64,000 nt of DNA from assembly GCA_963701855.1 (NCBI GenBank), contig CAVPBK010000004.1, forward strand, positions 1 to 64,000, given 5' to 3'. Under the pieces are notes generated by a model. That model saw only the letters and a list, made by a program, of their open reading frames with translations, did no database searches and was not told the origin of the DNA. This document shows positions 53,731-64,000 of the stretch, piece after piece. Both the position numbers and the translations under genes were made by a program. Each line of letters begins with the position of its first letter. Position 1 is the stretch's first letter. Origin of the DNA: Nitrospirota bacterium. GTDB taxonomy: Bacteria > Nitrospirota > Nitrospiria > Nitrospirales > Nitrospiraceae.

Positions 53731-54255
53731 TTATGGAGCGGCCGGTACTTCAAGCCTAGAGCGAAACTTCTCTTCGTGCTTCCAACTGCGTCCAAGCTCA
53801 TGAAGTTTCTCCGATGTCAGCTTTTCACGATAGACAAGCCGTTCTTCAAAAAACACTACTAGCCATCCCTGATCAGGATAAGCCAGAAACAGCGCATCGC
53901 CGGCCTCAATTTGGATCTCCCATCCTCGCGGTGGTTCCCCACTTGCCAACCTCGACCGCGGAATCAGTTCGCCGTCTTTCATGCCGAAGAACTGCATGAA
54001 CTCGGCATGTTGATATGCCGGCGCCCCCCATGCCCTAACAAACGCTGGGGGAGTCAATTGATTGAGCACCAACTTGTTTGCGCGCACGTTGAGCTCCTGC
54101 TCTTCCAACGAGGGCATCCAGCTGCAACTAAGAAGAGATCCGATAGCGATCACAACAAACACACCGGCCCATCCAGAGCGACTCAGAAAATCAAGGCTCC
54201 TGAACCACCGAGCACCGCACCGAGTCACTCTAAACATATCCACGAGCTTCCTCAC
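53731..54255 (-). CDS. Hypothetical lipoprotein
   Basis: Hydrophobic stretch ending LLSC; overlaps upstream stop; start uncertain. Confidence 0.7.
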   Translation of the reverse strand: MRKLVDMFRVTRCGARWFRSLDFLSRSGWAGVFVVIAIGSLLSCSWMPSLEEQELNVRANKLVLNQLTPPAFVRAWGAPAYQHAEFMQFFGMKDGELIPRSRLASGEPPRGWEIQIEAGDALFLAYPDQGWLVVFFEERLVYREKLTSEKLHELGRSWKHEEKFRSRLEVPAAP

Positions 54256-54608
54256 AATAGGCGTCGGCTCCTTGGTTCAACAGGCTTCACAGGCTGACAG
54301 ACATCACACTGGCAAAGCCGCCGAAGAAGGGCATAGGAGTAAATACCGGTGTCGTGACCATCGCTCCATGTGAATTGCAACGCATATCGTCCCACCGGCT
54401 GTACATCCTGCAATATGATCAAGAGCGGCACATCGTCCGGTTGCAAACGCCGTGCGCCAGACCACTCGTCCACGCAGGCTGCGCAGGGACATTGTTGGCG
54501 GAGATACCTTACTGGATAGATCGCCTTGTGCCCATCGCTCCATTCGATGCCCAACACCCCCTTTTCAATCCAGGCCATGTCTCTCGGTTCACACACAGTC
54601 TCGGTCAT
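54252..54608 (-). CDS. DUF971 (gamma-butyrobetaine hydroxylase-like N-terminal) protein
   Basis: WSDGH, LRQQCPCAAC, VGRYAL..WSDGHDTGIYS. Confidence 0.9.
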   Translation of the reverse strand: MTETVCEPRDMAWIEKGVLGIEWSDGHKAIYPVRYLRQQCPCAACVDEWSGARRLQPDDVPLLIILQDVQPVGRYALQFTWSDGHDTGIYSYALLRRLCQCDVCQPVKPVEPRSRRLL

Positions 54609-54631
54609 GGTGACGGATTCCTTCTTGCGAC

Positions 54632-54694
54632 GTCACTACTCAGGGGTTCAGGCTGAAGACTAAAAGCCTTCAGTCTATTTACCTGAGTAGTGAC
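54632..54694. repeat. Perfect 13-bp inverted repeat with nested inner stem downstream of recO
   Basis: GTCACTACTCAGG ... CCTGAGTAGTGAC enclosing ggctgaag..cttcagtc. Confidence 0.75.
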
Positions 54695-54719
54695 TTTCCT
54701 ACTGACAACCGTCTCATCC

Positions 54720-55472
54720 TCATGACGGATACGACAGAAAATTCACCGGGGGTAGCTGTCTGCCTGCGACAACAGTGACATACCCTTCAATCGCATCTTC
54801 CAGCTCATGCCGAATTTGCCCGGCGGCCTTCAAACGATCGACCACCGATGGCGAAAGCCTCAACGCTTGCTGGAGAAATGCCAGGCTCCCTCGTGAGAGC
54901 GGCAAGCAGCGGAAGGCTTGGCGCGCAGCACAGACCCTACAGACCAGGCCGCCGGACAGAGGCGAAAACTTCGATTCTTCCATCAACCGGCCATTGCCGC
55001 AGGCGGCACAGTGATCGGTCTGAGGGCGAAACCCGATAAGGCCCAGCAGACGAATCTGAAATAGCAGCGCCGTCAACGCCGGGTCCTGGCTCATGACCAA
55101 TGCGCGCAAGCCCAGTTCAAGCGTCTCGAAGAGCTGCGGGTCCGGGTCCCCATCCGGCGTCACCGCACCCACCACATTAACCATCCGCGCGGCAGCAGTC
55201 ATCAGCGTCAAGTCTTCACGAAACCGCATGAACGGCTCCACGAGATCGACTTGAGACACTCGATAGAGCGAATCTCCTGATTTTTCGAATAGGTTCAGAT
55301 GGCAGATGGTGAGCGGTTCGAGCGATGCCCCGAGGCGGCTCTTCATCCGACGAGCCCCCCGCGCCACCGCGCGAACCTTTCCTATCTCCTTGGTATAGAA
55401 AGTCACAATGCGATCCGCATCGCCCCACTTTCGACTTTTCAGCGTGATGGCTGCGGTCTTGATCAGCGGCAT
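54720..55472 (-). CDS. recO: DNA repair protein RecO
   Basis: GDADRIV, GKVRAVARGARR, CAAC..CRVC zinc finger; near era. Confidence 0.93.
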   Translation of the reverse strand: MPLIKTAAITLKSRKWGDADRIVTFYTKEIGKVRAVARGARRMKSRLGASLEPLTICHLNLFEKSGDSLYRVSQVDLVEPFMRFREDLTLMTAAARMVNVVGAVTPDGDPDPQLFETLELGLRALVMSQDPALTALLFQIRLLGLIGFRPQTDHCAACGNGRLMEESKFSPLSGGLVCRVCAARQAFRCLPLSRGSLAFLQQALRLSPSVVDRLKAAGQIRHELEDAIEGYVTVVAGRQLPPVNFLSYPS

Positions 55473-55481
55473 GGGTGAAAT

Positions 55482-55572
55482 CCGTGAAACGTGAATCGTA
55501 AAACGTGAAAGGTTTCTGAGGAAGAGCACTCGGAAGTCCTACGTTTCACGTTTCACACCTCACGTTTTACGG
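55482..55572. repeat. Inverted heptamer arrays (CGTGAAA)n...(TTTCACG)n between mgtE and recO
   Basis: Four heptamers per arm around an inner stem ttctgag..ctcggaa. Confidence 0.85.
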
Positions 55573-55578
55573 TTTCTA

Positions 55579-57042
55579 TTAGCGAAGGTATTCCATGAAC
55601 ACAGTGGCCAGGGAAAGATAGATGGTAATGCCCGTGATATCATTGGCCGTCGTCACAAAGGGGCCGGCCGCAACGGCAGGATCAATCTTCATCCGCTTCA
55701 GCAAGATGGGCATGAACGTCGCCATGCTGGTTGAGACCATGAATGCGATAATCAACGACAGCCCCACGACCATGCCCAGAAACTCTTGATGCCAAATCCA
55801 GCCGACAAGCGTGAGAATCACGCCGCAAGCGAGCCCCATCAGTAGTCCAACCTTGATTTCCCTGAAAAACACGGTGCGCACATCCGTCAGCTCGATCAGC
55901 CCTGTCGCCAATCCTCGAATAATGAGGGTCGAGGACTGGAGGCCTACGTTTCCACCCATGGCGGCAATAACCGGAATAAAACTAACGATGGCGACCACTT
56001 CCTGAATCGTGTACCGGAACTCCCACAGAATCGCCCCCGACAACAGACTGCCGACGAGATTCGTAAAGAGCCACGGGAGCCGATGCTTTGCCGACGCCAC
56101 GCAGGAAGACTTCGAAACCGAGTCCTCTTCGATCGCGCCGGCCATCTTGAGCATATCTTCAGTCGCTTCTTCGCGGATCACGTCCACGACGTCGTCGACC
56201 GTGATAATGCCGACCAATCTGTTATCGCTGTCGATGACCGGAATCGCGAGCAAGTTATAACTCGCCACCTGACGGGCGACTTCTTCCTGGTCCATATCGA
56301 CCGTCACGCTGATCACATCGCGCGTGGCGATGTTTTTCAGCGGCGTGACGGGAGGAACCGTCAGCAGCTGCCGCAAAGAGAGCACCCCGACCAAACGCTC
56401 ATCCTTGTCGGTCACATAAATATAGAACACCATTTCCGCATCCGTCGCCAATTGGAGACGTCGGATAGCGTCTTGCGCCGTCGCATCTTCCGGGAGCGCG
56501 AAGAACTCCGTCGTCATGATGCCGCCGGCTGTATCCTTTGGATACTTCAGGAGGTCGGCAACTTCCGTGGAGTCCTCCGCCCGCATCAGCGCGAGAATCT
56601 CTTTGGCCCGCTCTTCCGGCAAAACACCAAGGAGGTAGGCCACGTCATCGTGGCCGAGGTCTTTGATCAACCAGGCGATATCCGCGTGCAGTAGGTCCGC
56701 CAGCACCTGATTGATACTATCGCTGTCGAGTTCGCTCAGCACTTGGCCGCGCTTCGACTCGCCTCGCACCAGTTCGAAGACTTCCCGCTTTTCTTTGGGG
56801 GACGACAGATGCATGATCACTTGCGCTACGTCGGCCTGGTGCATCCGGCCCAGCATCTTTGCAAGATTGGTGATCGCACCCCGGTGCAATAGCCGTTGTA
56901 CCGACAACAGCACGATGTCGAATTTGGTCCGGCCTCGATCGGCCTGGTCACGCAACGCGTCGCGGAGGAGATCTTTATCCCCTGGTCGAAGGCGTGGATC
57001 CACCGGATTCGATTCTGTCATACGTTCCGTCGGCTGCATCAC
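55579..57042 (-). CDS. mgtE: Magnesium transporter MgtE
   Basis: TAGGIM, CBS pair, GIITVDD, RLPWL, GGNVGLQ, DPA.AAGPF.TT..D. Confidence 0.95.
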   Translation of the reverse strand: MMQPTERMTESNPVDPRLRPGDKDLLRDALRDQADRGRTKFDIVLLSVQRLLHRGAITNLAKMLGRMHQADVAQVIMHLSSPKEKREVFELVRGESKRGQVLSELDSDSINQVLADLLHADIAWLIKDLGHDDVAYLLGVLPEERAKEILALMRAEDSTEVADLLKYPKDTAGGIMTTEFFALPEDATAQDAIRRLQLATDAEMVFYIYVTDKDERLVGVLSLRQLLTVPPVTPLKNIATRDVISVTVDMDQEEVARQVASYNLLAIPVIDSDNRLVGIITVDDVVDVIREEATEDMLKMAGAIEEDSVSKSSCVASAKHRLPWLFTNLVGSLLSGAILWEFRYTIQEVVAIVSFIPVIAAMGGNVGLQSSTLIIRGLATGLIELTDVRTVFFREIKVGLLMGLACGVILTLVGWIWHQEFLGMVVGLSLIIAFMVSTSMATFMPILLKRMKIDPAVAAGPFVTTANDITGITIYLSLATVFMEYLR

Positions 57043-57049
57043 AATCCTG

Positions 57050-57934
57050 TTAATACCCTAGTTCAGTGAGAGCGTGCTCATCTTCTCGCCACGCCTCCCG
57101 CACTTTCACCCACAACTGCAGAAACACTTTCATCCCGAAGATCTGCTCCATATCACGCCGCGCATCGGTCCCGACCTGCTTAAGCCTCTCTCCGTGCTTC
57201 CCGATCACGATCGCCTTATGAGATTCTCGTTCGACCAGCACCGTCGCGCTGATGCGAGCCAGCTTCCCCTCCTCGACAAACTCGTCGATCTCCACGGCAA
57301 CCGAATAGGGCACTTCTTCATATGTCTGAAGCAAAATTTTCTCGCGAATCATCTCGGCCGCCAAGGTTCTCATGGACTGATCTGTGACGGTGTCTGCATC
57401 ATAGGCCGCATCCCCTTCCGAAAGATGGGCCACGGTCACGGACAGCAATCGATCGACATTATCGCCGGTTTCAGCCGATACCGGCACCACATCTGTCCAA
57501 CCGAATAACCTGGCATAGGTTTCCATCACCGGCAGCAACTTGAGCTTATTGACCAGATCCACCTTGTTCAACACGAGAATGACTGGGCGTGGACGCTTCC
57601 TAACCGCCCCTTTCACGTGATCCAGGACCAAGAGATCGCCGGGGCCAGGGGAACTCGTCGTGTCCATCAACACGTACAAAATATCCGCCTCTTCCAGCAC
57701 CTCGACCGTGGTGCGGACCATGCGACGATTGAGTAGATGTTGCGGCTTGTGCAACCCCGGCGTATCGAGCAAGGCAATCTGCGCACCCGGTGCATGCACG
57801 ACCCCCAGAATTCTCGTCCTCGTCGTTTGCGGCTTGTCCGAGACGATCGCGATCTTCTGCTCCAGCAATCGATTGAGCAATGTCGACTTGCCCACGTTCG
57901 GTCGTCCAATGATCGCGACTGTGCCAAACTTCAT
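57050..57934 (-). CDS. era: GTPase Era
   Basis: GRPNVGKSTL, PQTTR, DTPG, NKVD, KH domain IVIGKHG. Confidence 0.96.
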   Translation of the reverse strand: MKFGTVAIIGRPNVGKSTLLNRLLEQKIAIVSDKPQTTRTRILGVVHAPGAQIALLDTPGLHKPQHLLNRRMVRTTVEVLEEADILYVLMDTTSSPGPGDLLVLDHVKGAVRKRPRPVILVLNKVDLVNKLKLLPVMETYARLFGWTDVVPVSAETGDNVDRLLSVTVAHLSEGDAAYDADTVTDQSMRTLAAEMIREKILLQTYEEVPYSVAVEIDEFVEEGKLARISATVLVERESHKAIVIGKHGERLKQVGTDARRDMEQIFGMKVFLQLWVKVREAWREDEHALTELGY

Positions 57935-57938
57935 GGCG

Positions 57939-58289
57939 TTACGGGCGTGACCGCTCCTGCGATGGTGATGGAACCAATTGATACACGGTTTCGCCTTTGC
58001 GAACGTAGCCGAGCTGCTCTCGCGCCAACTGTTCAATTTTCGCGGGATCGTGTTCTAAACGATCGATGTCCCCCCGAAGCGTGCTGGTCGTCCGTTGTAA
58101 TTCATGAAGATCCACGTCCAACTGTTGGGCCTGCTCGCGCATGGAGAAGTAGCGCGGCAGACCCATGTCGCCAAAAACCAAGACGATCAGCAGCAGCAGG
58201 CACACGGCGACTCCAATATAGTGTGCGCCCGTTACCATGCGGCGTTGCCAATCAAGCCACTGCCGCCCCCGATTCTGTTTAATGATCAT
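57939..58289 (-). CDS. ftsB: Septum formation initiator FtsB/DivIC
   Basis: One TM, coiled coil, IEQLAREQLG...GE; follows eno. Confidence 0.85.
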   Translation of the reverse strand: MIIKQNRGRQWLDWQRRMVTGAHYIGVAVCLLLLIVLVFGDMGLPRYFSMREQAQQLDVDLHELQRTTSTLRGDIDRLEHDPAKIEQLAREQLGYVRKGETVYQLVPSPSQERSRP

Positions 58290-58304
58290 CGCGGATGCTC
58301 ATGA

Positions 58305-59594
<1,290 letters not shown>

Positions 59595-59628
59595 TTACTC
59601 CATCTAAAAAATCGAAAGTTATCCCCCT

Positions 59629-59859
59629 CTACTTCGTCGCAAAATCAAACACAGGCGTCTGGAGCACTCGCGACGGCAATCGTTGCTCCCACACCGTCTG
59701 CTGTAACCGCTCAACCGTTTCAGGGCTATACAGCCGTTCCCCACATTGATCACAAACCTTCGCCGGAACATGCTCGACAACAACTAATTTGTCATCCATT
59801 TGAATCGTATAGGTCACCATCTGCTCGCTCATCGGCGACCCACAGACATCGCATTTCAT
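59629..59859 (-). CDS. YgiT-type zinc finger protein (MqsA N-terminal-like, putative antitoxin)
   Basis: CDVCG...VPAKVCDQCGE. Confidence 0.85.
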   Translation of the reverse strand: MKCDVCGSPMSEQMVTYTIQMDDKLVVVEHVPAKVCDQCGERLYSPETVERLQQTVWEQRLPSRVLQTPVFDFATK

Positions 59860-59860
59860 G

Positions 59861-60166
59861 TTATCGCCTCCTCACCTTGAACTCGATCCACAGGGCAGGG
59901 TCTGGTTCATAGATAGTAATAATCTTCACTGTGGGCCTGCTTGAATCACTGCATTGAACATGAATGGGACGGCCCACCCTCGTCATTCCGAAGATCAAAC
60001 AGCTGGAACCATACTTGTCGTCCGGATAGGCCTCAATAATTTCGCCGCCGACAATGGCCTCTCGCAGATCCTGCACTGAAATGTGGCGAATAATCGATTG
60101 ATCGACAGCATGCTGAGAAAACTCAAAGCCTCCCCGCGCTACTCTCCTTCGAATCTCATCGATCAA
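59861..60166 (-). CDS. DUF4258 protein (putative RelE-like toxin)
   Basis: FSQHA, GEIIEAYPDDKYG.SCLI.G, PIHV, ITIYEPDP. Confidence 0.82.
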   Translation of the reverse strand: MIDEIRRRVARGGFEFSQHAVDQSIIRHISVQDLREAIVGGEIIEAYPDDKYGSSCLIFGMTRVGRPIHVQCSDSSRPTVKIITIYEPDPALWIEFKVRRR

Positions 60167-60234
60167 CTATTCCTCCGCGAATCGACAATCTGTCGCCTTT
60201 TAATCTCTCGAATCGCGTTCATGTTCTCATCTAC

Positions 60235-60972
60235 CTATTGCAAATAAATGTCAAAACCTGAGAAACCCCTACCCTCTTGTGCGTTCACATACGAGAGCCA
60301 CTCTTTTGTGGGCCAGTTAAAGCCATACGTATTGCACAAAAGGGCAACGCCTCCCCACTCCGGCACTCCTGAAATTATCCACACCGAGGCCCAAATCGAT
60401 TCCACTCCAGAAACCAGCTCACAGAGCCGTCTTAAATCTGGTGCCCCACCTAATATGTTCTGGTAGACCAAAAGGTGACGATTCAGCCTCTTATTTTCGA
60501 CCTTGGCGGTCTTTCTCAGAATCGTGGCGGCAACCCACTCATCAGATATTGGCTCTCCTGCGAAAGCAGATTGTGGAATCTCTGGTTTACTCCCATTTCT
60601 ATATGCCTCGCGAATCCTATAGCCGGGCGGATAAGCAGTCGTAATCTCAAACTGGTAAATAGCTCCATTAGCTGTACGAGCTTCAATATCTAATGCCTCT
60701 TCATTGATCCTGGCCATTCTCCCCATCACAGGCGAAACGAGCCGCCGAAAAATCGACAGGAAGGTGGCCCCCACAAGTGCTTCTTGTATTTTCTGTTCGA
60801 GGCTTCCCCCTCTGGACAGGAATGCCTCGCACGTCATTTCTGATTCCGCCTTAACTGCCCACCGTAGCAATCTCGATGGATGCTGCCATAAATACATTGC
60901 GTCAATATCGGAGAAGCCATGATGCATTTTCTTCGCAGTAAGGTCAGGCACCATTAGACTCCTGTCATCCAT
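60235..60972 (-). CDS. Hypothetical protein, possible restriction-endonuclease-like fold
   Basis: 245-aa ORF, visibly more AT-rich than flanks; E..A..F / D-x(13)-E-x-T pattern. Confidence 0.6.
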   Translation of the reverse strand: MDDRSLMVPDLTAKKMHHGFSDIDAMYLWQHPSRLLRWAVKAESEMTCEAFLSRGGSLEQKIQEALVGATFLSIFRRLVSPVMGRMARINEEALDIEARTANGAIYQFEITTAYPPGYRIREAYRNGSKPEIPQSAFAGEPISDEWVAATILRKTAKVENKRLNRHLLVYQNILGGAPDLRRLCELVSGVESIWASVWIISGVPEWGGVALLCNTYGFNWPTKEWLSYVNAQEGRGFSGFDIYLQ

Positions 60973-61087
60973 GCGCTAGAAAATCATTCCTGAAATCCAT
61001 TAACTCGTTGCCAGAGAAAATACTTCTTTCACTCTTGCTGGCTTAGAACTGTCATCAAAACTTCCTCGTCCTCCACTCCTTCTACCT

Positions 61088-61194
61088 TGAGCGCGGGTGG
61101 CGCCGACCTGGGAGCCCGTCCGCCCGCAGCGGGGTCCCTACACCGGGCGGGGTGCGAGGACGGACGGGCTGGTCGGCGACAGGACCCGCGCTCA
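61088..61194. repeat. ~107-bp GC-rich nested palindrome overlapping the gatB stop codon
   Basis: TGAGCGCGGGT/ACCCGCGCTCA, CGCCGACC/GGTCGGCG, AGCCCGTCCG/CGGACGGGCT, CGCA/TGCG. Confidence 0.85.
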
Positions 61195-62619
61195 TCCCAA
61201 CCTCTTCTTCAGCAACTCATTGACCTTCCCAGGATTCGCCTTGCCGCCGCTCGCCTTCATCACCTGCCCGACTAGGAATCCAAGCACTTGCTGCTTACCC
61301 TCTTTGAACTGAGCTACCTGCGTCGGATTCTTCGCGAGCACTCCGTCGATGATCTTGTCGAGCGCTGCTTCGTCGGATACTTGAATCAGCCCCTTCTCTT
61401 GGACGATCTGTTCCGGTGTTTTCCCGCTGCTGTAGACCTCGGGGAATATCTCGCGCGCGACTTTCAAACTGATCGTCCCTTGCTCAACCAATTGAAGAAG
61501 ACTCACGAGCTGTTCTGGTGAAACCGGGGAAGCACTCGCGTCGGTCCCTGAGTTATTCAGCTCTCTGGTGAGTTCGCCCATGACCCAGTTACTCACCGTC
61601 TTGGGTTGATTGAATAACTTCACACAGACTTCGAAGTAGTCGGCCACGGCCTTCGATGCCGTCAACACACCGGCATCGTACTCAGACAGCGCCCATTCGC
61701 TGACAAATCGCTGCAGCCTGGCCGCAGGCAACTCAGTCACCTGTTTGCGACAGCCTTCGATCCATTCCTTGTCCAGCTTGAGCGGCACCAGATCAGGGTC
61801 GGGAAAGTAGCGATAGTCGTGCGCCTCCTCTTTGGAGCGCATCACCGCCGTCTCGCCGCGGTCGAGATTCCAAAGCCGGGTCTCCTGATTAATCTTGCCG
61901 CCCTCGCTCAACACCTTCGTCTGACGCTTGATCTCATATTCGATGGCGTCCTTGACGAACTTGAACGAATTGATGTTCTTGAGCTCGACCTTTGTCCCAA
62001 ATTCCTTCTGGCCCAACGGACGGAGCGAGAGATTCGGCTCGCAGCGGAAACTCCCTTCATCCATATTGCCGTCACATACCTCGAGATACATGAGCACATC
62101 GCGGAGGCCCTTCAAATAGGCCACGACTTCGTCGGACGATCGCAAGTCCGGCTCCGTCACAATTTCAAGCAGCGGAGTTCCCGCCCGATTCAAATCGACG
62201 CGGCTCCCGTTGGTGCCGGCGACATGGATGCTCTTTCCCGCATCTTCTTCCAGATGGGCACGACGGATACGGACGCGCCGTTTACTTTCACTCGTCGCAA
62301 TCTCGATCCAGCCATGCTCGCAGATCGGCGCCTCATATTGCGAAATCTGATAGCCCTTGGGCAGATCCGGATAGAAGTAGTTCTTGCGTGCAAAAAGATT
62401 GTCCGCTGCAATTGTGCAATTCAAAGCCAGCCCCGCACGCACCGCCATCTCCACCGCCGCCTGGTTAAGCACCGGCAACGAACCGGGGAGCCCCAAACAC
62501 AAGGGACAGGTCTGGCTATTGGCCGTGAGCCCGAATACCGTCCCGCAGCTGCAAAACAGCTTGGACTTCGTCCGCAGCTGCGCATGCACTTCCACTCCAA
62601 TGACGACTTCGTAGATCAT
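61192..62619 (-). CDS. gatB: Asp/Glu-tRNA amidotransferase subunit B
   Basis: [43 protein letters not shown]. Confidence 0.98.
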   Translation of the reverse strand: MIYEVVIGVEVHAQLRTKSKLFCSCGTVFGLTANSQTCPLCLGLPGSLPVLNQAAVEMAVRAGLALNCTIAADNLFARKNYFYPDLPKGYQISQYEAPICEHGWIEIATSESKRRVRIRRAHLEEDAGKSIHVAGTNGSRVDLNRAGTPLLEIVTEPDLRSSDEVVAYLKGLRDVLMYLEVCDGNMDEGSFRCEPNLSLRPLGQKEFGTKVELKNINSFKFVKDAIEYEIKRQTKVLSEGGKINQETRLWNLDRGETAVMRSKEEAHDYRYFPDPDLVPLKLDKEWIEGCRKQVTELPAARLQRFVSEWALSEYDAGVLTASKAVADYFEVCVKLFNQPKTVSNWVMGELTRELNNSGTDASASPVSPEQLVSLLQLVEQGTISLKVAREIFPEVYSSGKTPEQIVQEKGLIQVSDEAALDKIIDGVLAKNPTQVAQFKEGKQQVLGFLVGQVMKASGGKANPGKVNELLKKRLG

Positions 62620-62622
62620 CGT

Positions 62623-62943
62623 TTAGCTGCGGTCTTCCTCATGCAACCGGTCACGTTCGCGCCGCATCGCCTCACGACCTGCGTCAAACGCTTCGCGTAG
62701 GACCCCTTTCTTCGAGTCCACAAATTCCTTCCCATCTCCTACAACTTCTTCCAGCACTTCGCCGGCGCGACCTGCCAGATCCCGCAGATCACCTTCTGCG
62801 CGACGGGCATAACCACGCAACTGCTCGCGCGATTCGCGGCCGGTCTGTGGAGCCAGTAATAATGCCGCCACCGCGCCTAACGCCGCGCCGCTCAGGAATA
62901 CCAGCACGACTGCTGCTGCTGAGGAACCTCTATCATCCGCCAT
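62623..62943 (-). CDS. YtxH domain protein
   Basis: FLSGAALGAVAALLLAPQTGRESR. Confidence 0.88.
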   Translation of the reverse strand: MADDRGSSAAAVVLVFLSGAALGAVAALLLAPQTGRESREQLRGYARRAEGDLRDLAGRAGEVLEEVVGDGKEFVDSKKGVLREAFDAGREAMRRERDRLHEEDRS

Positions 62944-63340
62944 TGTGATGCCCTCCTTTTTCTCGAAACCGCTCCTTCATGACATGGGTCGCAGCTTTAA
63001 ATCCCGCCATCACACTCGCCACATTGGTCAACATCGATCCGCTCGAACCCTTCACAACATCGTGCACATGCTGAACTGACTCCCCCACTTCTCCGGCTGC
63101 ATGCAAGAGGACGGCAGCATGCTCGACTCCCCTGCGGGCTTGCTCAGTCAAATCGTTCACCTTGTGACTCACCGCCCGAAGTTCACCGATCAGCGGCGGC
63201 AGGTCATTGTTCATTTTAGCCAGAAGCTGTTCAGACTCCGCCACGGTCTTGCGAACTTGAATCATCACCGGCACGAGATAGCCCACCAGCACCGCAAATG
63301 CGACAGCCACAAGAATCGCAGCCATTTCGACGATTGTCAT
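62933..63340 (-). CDS. DUF948 protein
   Basis: N-terminal TM plus coiled coil, paired with YtxH; RBS GGAGG. Confidence 0.82.
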   Translation of the reverse strand: MTIVEMAAILVAVAFAVLVGYLVPVMIQVRKTVAESEQLLAKMNNDLPPLIGELRAVSHKVNDLTEQARRGVEHAAVLLHAAGEVGESVQHVHDVVKGSSGSMLTNVASVMAGFKAATHVMKERFREKGGHHNGG

Positions 63341-63355
63341 AACACCTCCAAAGCA

Positions 63356-63451
63356 CGTGAATCGTGAAACGTAAAACGCAAGCCACTGAAGACACGGGTC
63401 AGCTCTCGTGTTCCGTCAAATCTTATTACGTTTCACGTTTAACGTCTTACG
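63356..63451. repeat. Second inverted heptamer array (CGTGAAA)n...(TTTCACG)n, after gatA
   Basis: cgtgaat-cgtgaaa-cgtaaaa ... tattacg-tttcacg-tttaacg-tcttacg with inner stem acacg..cgtgt. Confidence 0.82.
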
Positions 63452-63453
63452 CT

Positions 63454-64000
63454 TTACCGTATCATCGGTTTCTTCGTTCGCCATTGCGTGCTTTGTTCAT
63501 AGGCATAGGCCCCTCGCAAGAGTATCTCTTCCTCAAAGGGGCGGCTGATCAGCTGCAATCCGATGGGAAGTCCATCCCGGCTGAATCCACAGGGCACCGA
63601 AATCGCCGGCACACCGGCGAGGTTGGCTGAAATGGTGAAAATGTCCGACAGGTACATCTGGAGCGGGTTATCGCCCTTCGCTCCAAACTTGAAAGCCGGC
63701 GTGGGTGTCACGGGCGTCACGATGAGATCGACATCCTGAAACGCCGCATCGAAGTCTTGGCGAATCAAAGTTCGCACCGCCTGCGCCTTGCCGTAATAGG
63801 CATCATAATACCCGGCACTGAGAACGTACGTCCCTAGCATAATCCGGCGCTTCACTTCCGGCCCGAACCCTTCCTGTCGCGTCTTCATATACAACTCGAG
63901 CAGGTCTTTGGTCTCTTTGGCACGAAGTCCGAACTTCACCCCGTCATATCGAGCCAGGTTTGAGCTGGCTTCGGCCGTAGCAATCACGTAGTAGATGGCT
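63454..64000 (-). CDS. gatA: Asp/Glu-tRNA amidotransferase subunit A (3' part; continues beyond window)
   Basis: [39 protein letters not shown]. Confidence 0.96.
   Translation of the reverse strand, partial: AIYYVIATAEASSNLARYDGVKFGLRAKETKDLLELYMKTRQEGFGPEVKRRIMLGTYVLSAGYYDAYYGKAQAVRTLIRQDFDAAFQDVDLIVTPVTPTPAFKFGAKGDNPLQMYLSDIFTISANLAGVPAISVPCGFSRDGLPIGLQLISRPFEEEILLRGAYAYEQSTQWRTKKPMIR

Noticed and set aside
61819..62700. 293-aa plus-strand ORF
   Set aside because: Antisense shadow of gatB

Overview
Bacterial chromosome segment, most likely Nitrospira-like (inferred from gene style, the gatA-DUF948-YtxH-gatB...eno-ftsB-era-mgtE-recO-glgA order and the intergenic repeats; not verified). About 4-50 kb is one large, mostly minus-strand surface-polysaccharide locus. 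It runs from a UpxY/RfaH-type antiterminator, two short OPX exporters and an outer-membrane beta-barrel, through an NDP-sugar modification block (DUF4910, C-methyltransferase, Uxs-like, Ugd, putative Fe(II)/2OG oxygenase, epimerase, cytidylyltransferase, PIG-L deacetylase), Wzm/Wzt, many glycosyltransferases, AsnB and a Wzy/WaaL-like protein, to an aminotransferase, a phosphoglycosyltransferase-dehydratase fusion and Wzc. The left part (10-27 kb) is a mosaic of IS remnants, decayed genes, an orphan filamentous-haemagglutinin-type gene and single-base frameshifts. A secreted BACON-repeat/FN3 protein converges on wzc at the window start. From 50 to 64 kb the genes are regulators and housekeeping genes, with a small accessory cassette (DUF4258/YgiT pair plus a possible nuclease-fold gene) between gatB and eno and several inverted short-repeat hairpins. 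No rRNA, tRNA, CRISPR array or reverse transcriptase was seen. The best leads are an (AC)8 tract in the first codons of an OPX gene (possible phase switch), the sugar-tailoring block with an unannotated oxygenase, a chimeric SGNH hydrolase, and the BACON array. All family assignments are from motif reading only, with no database searches.
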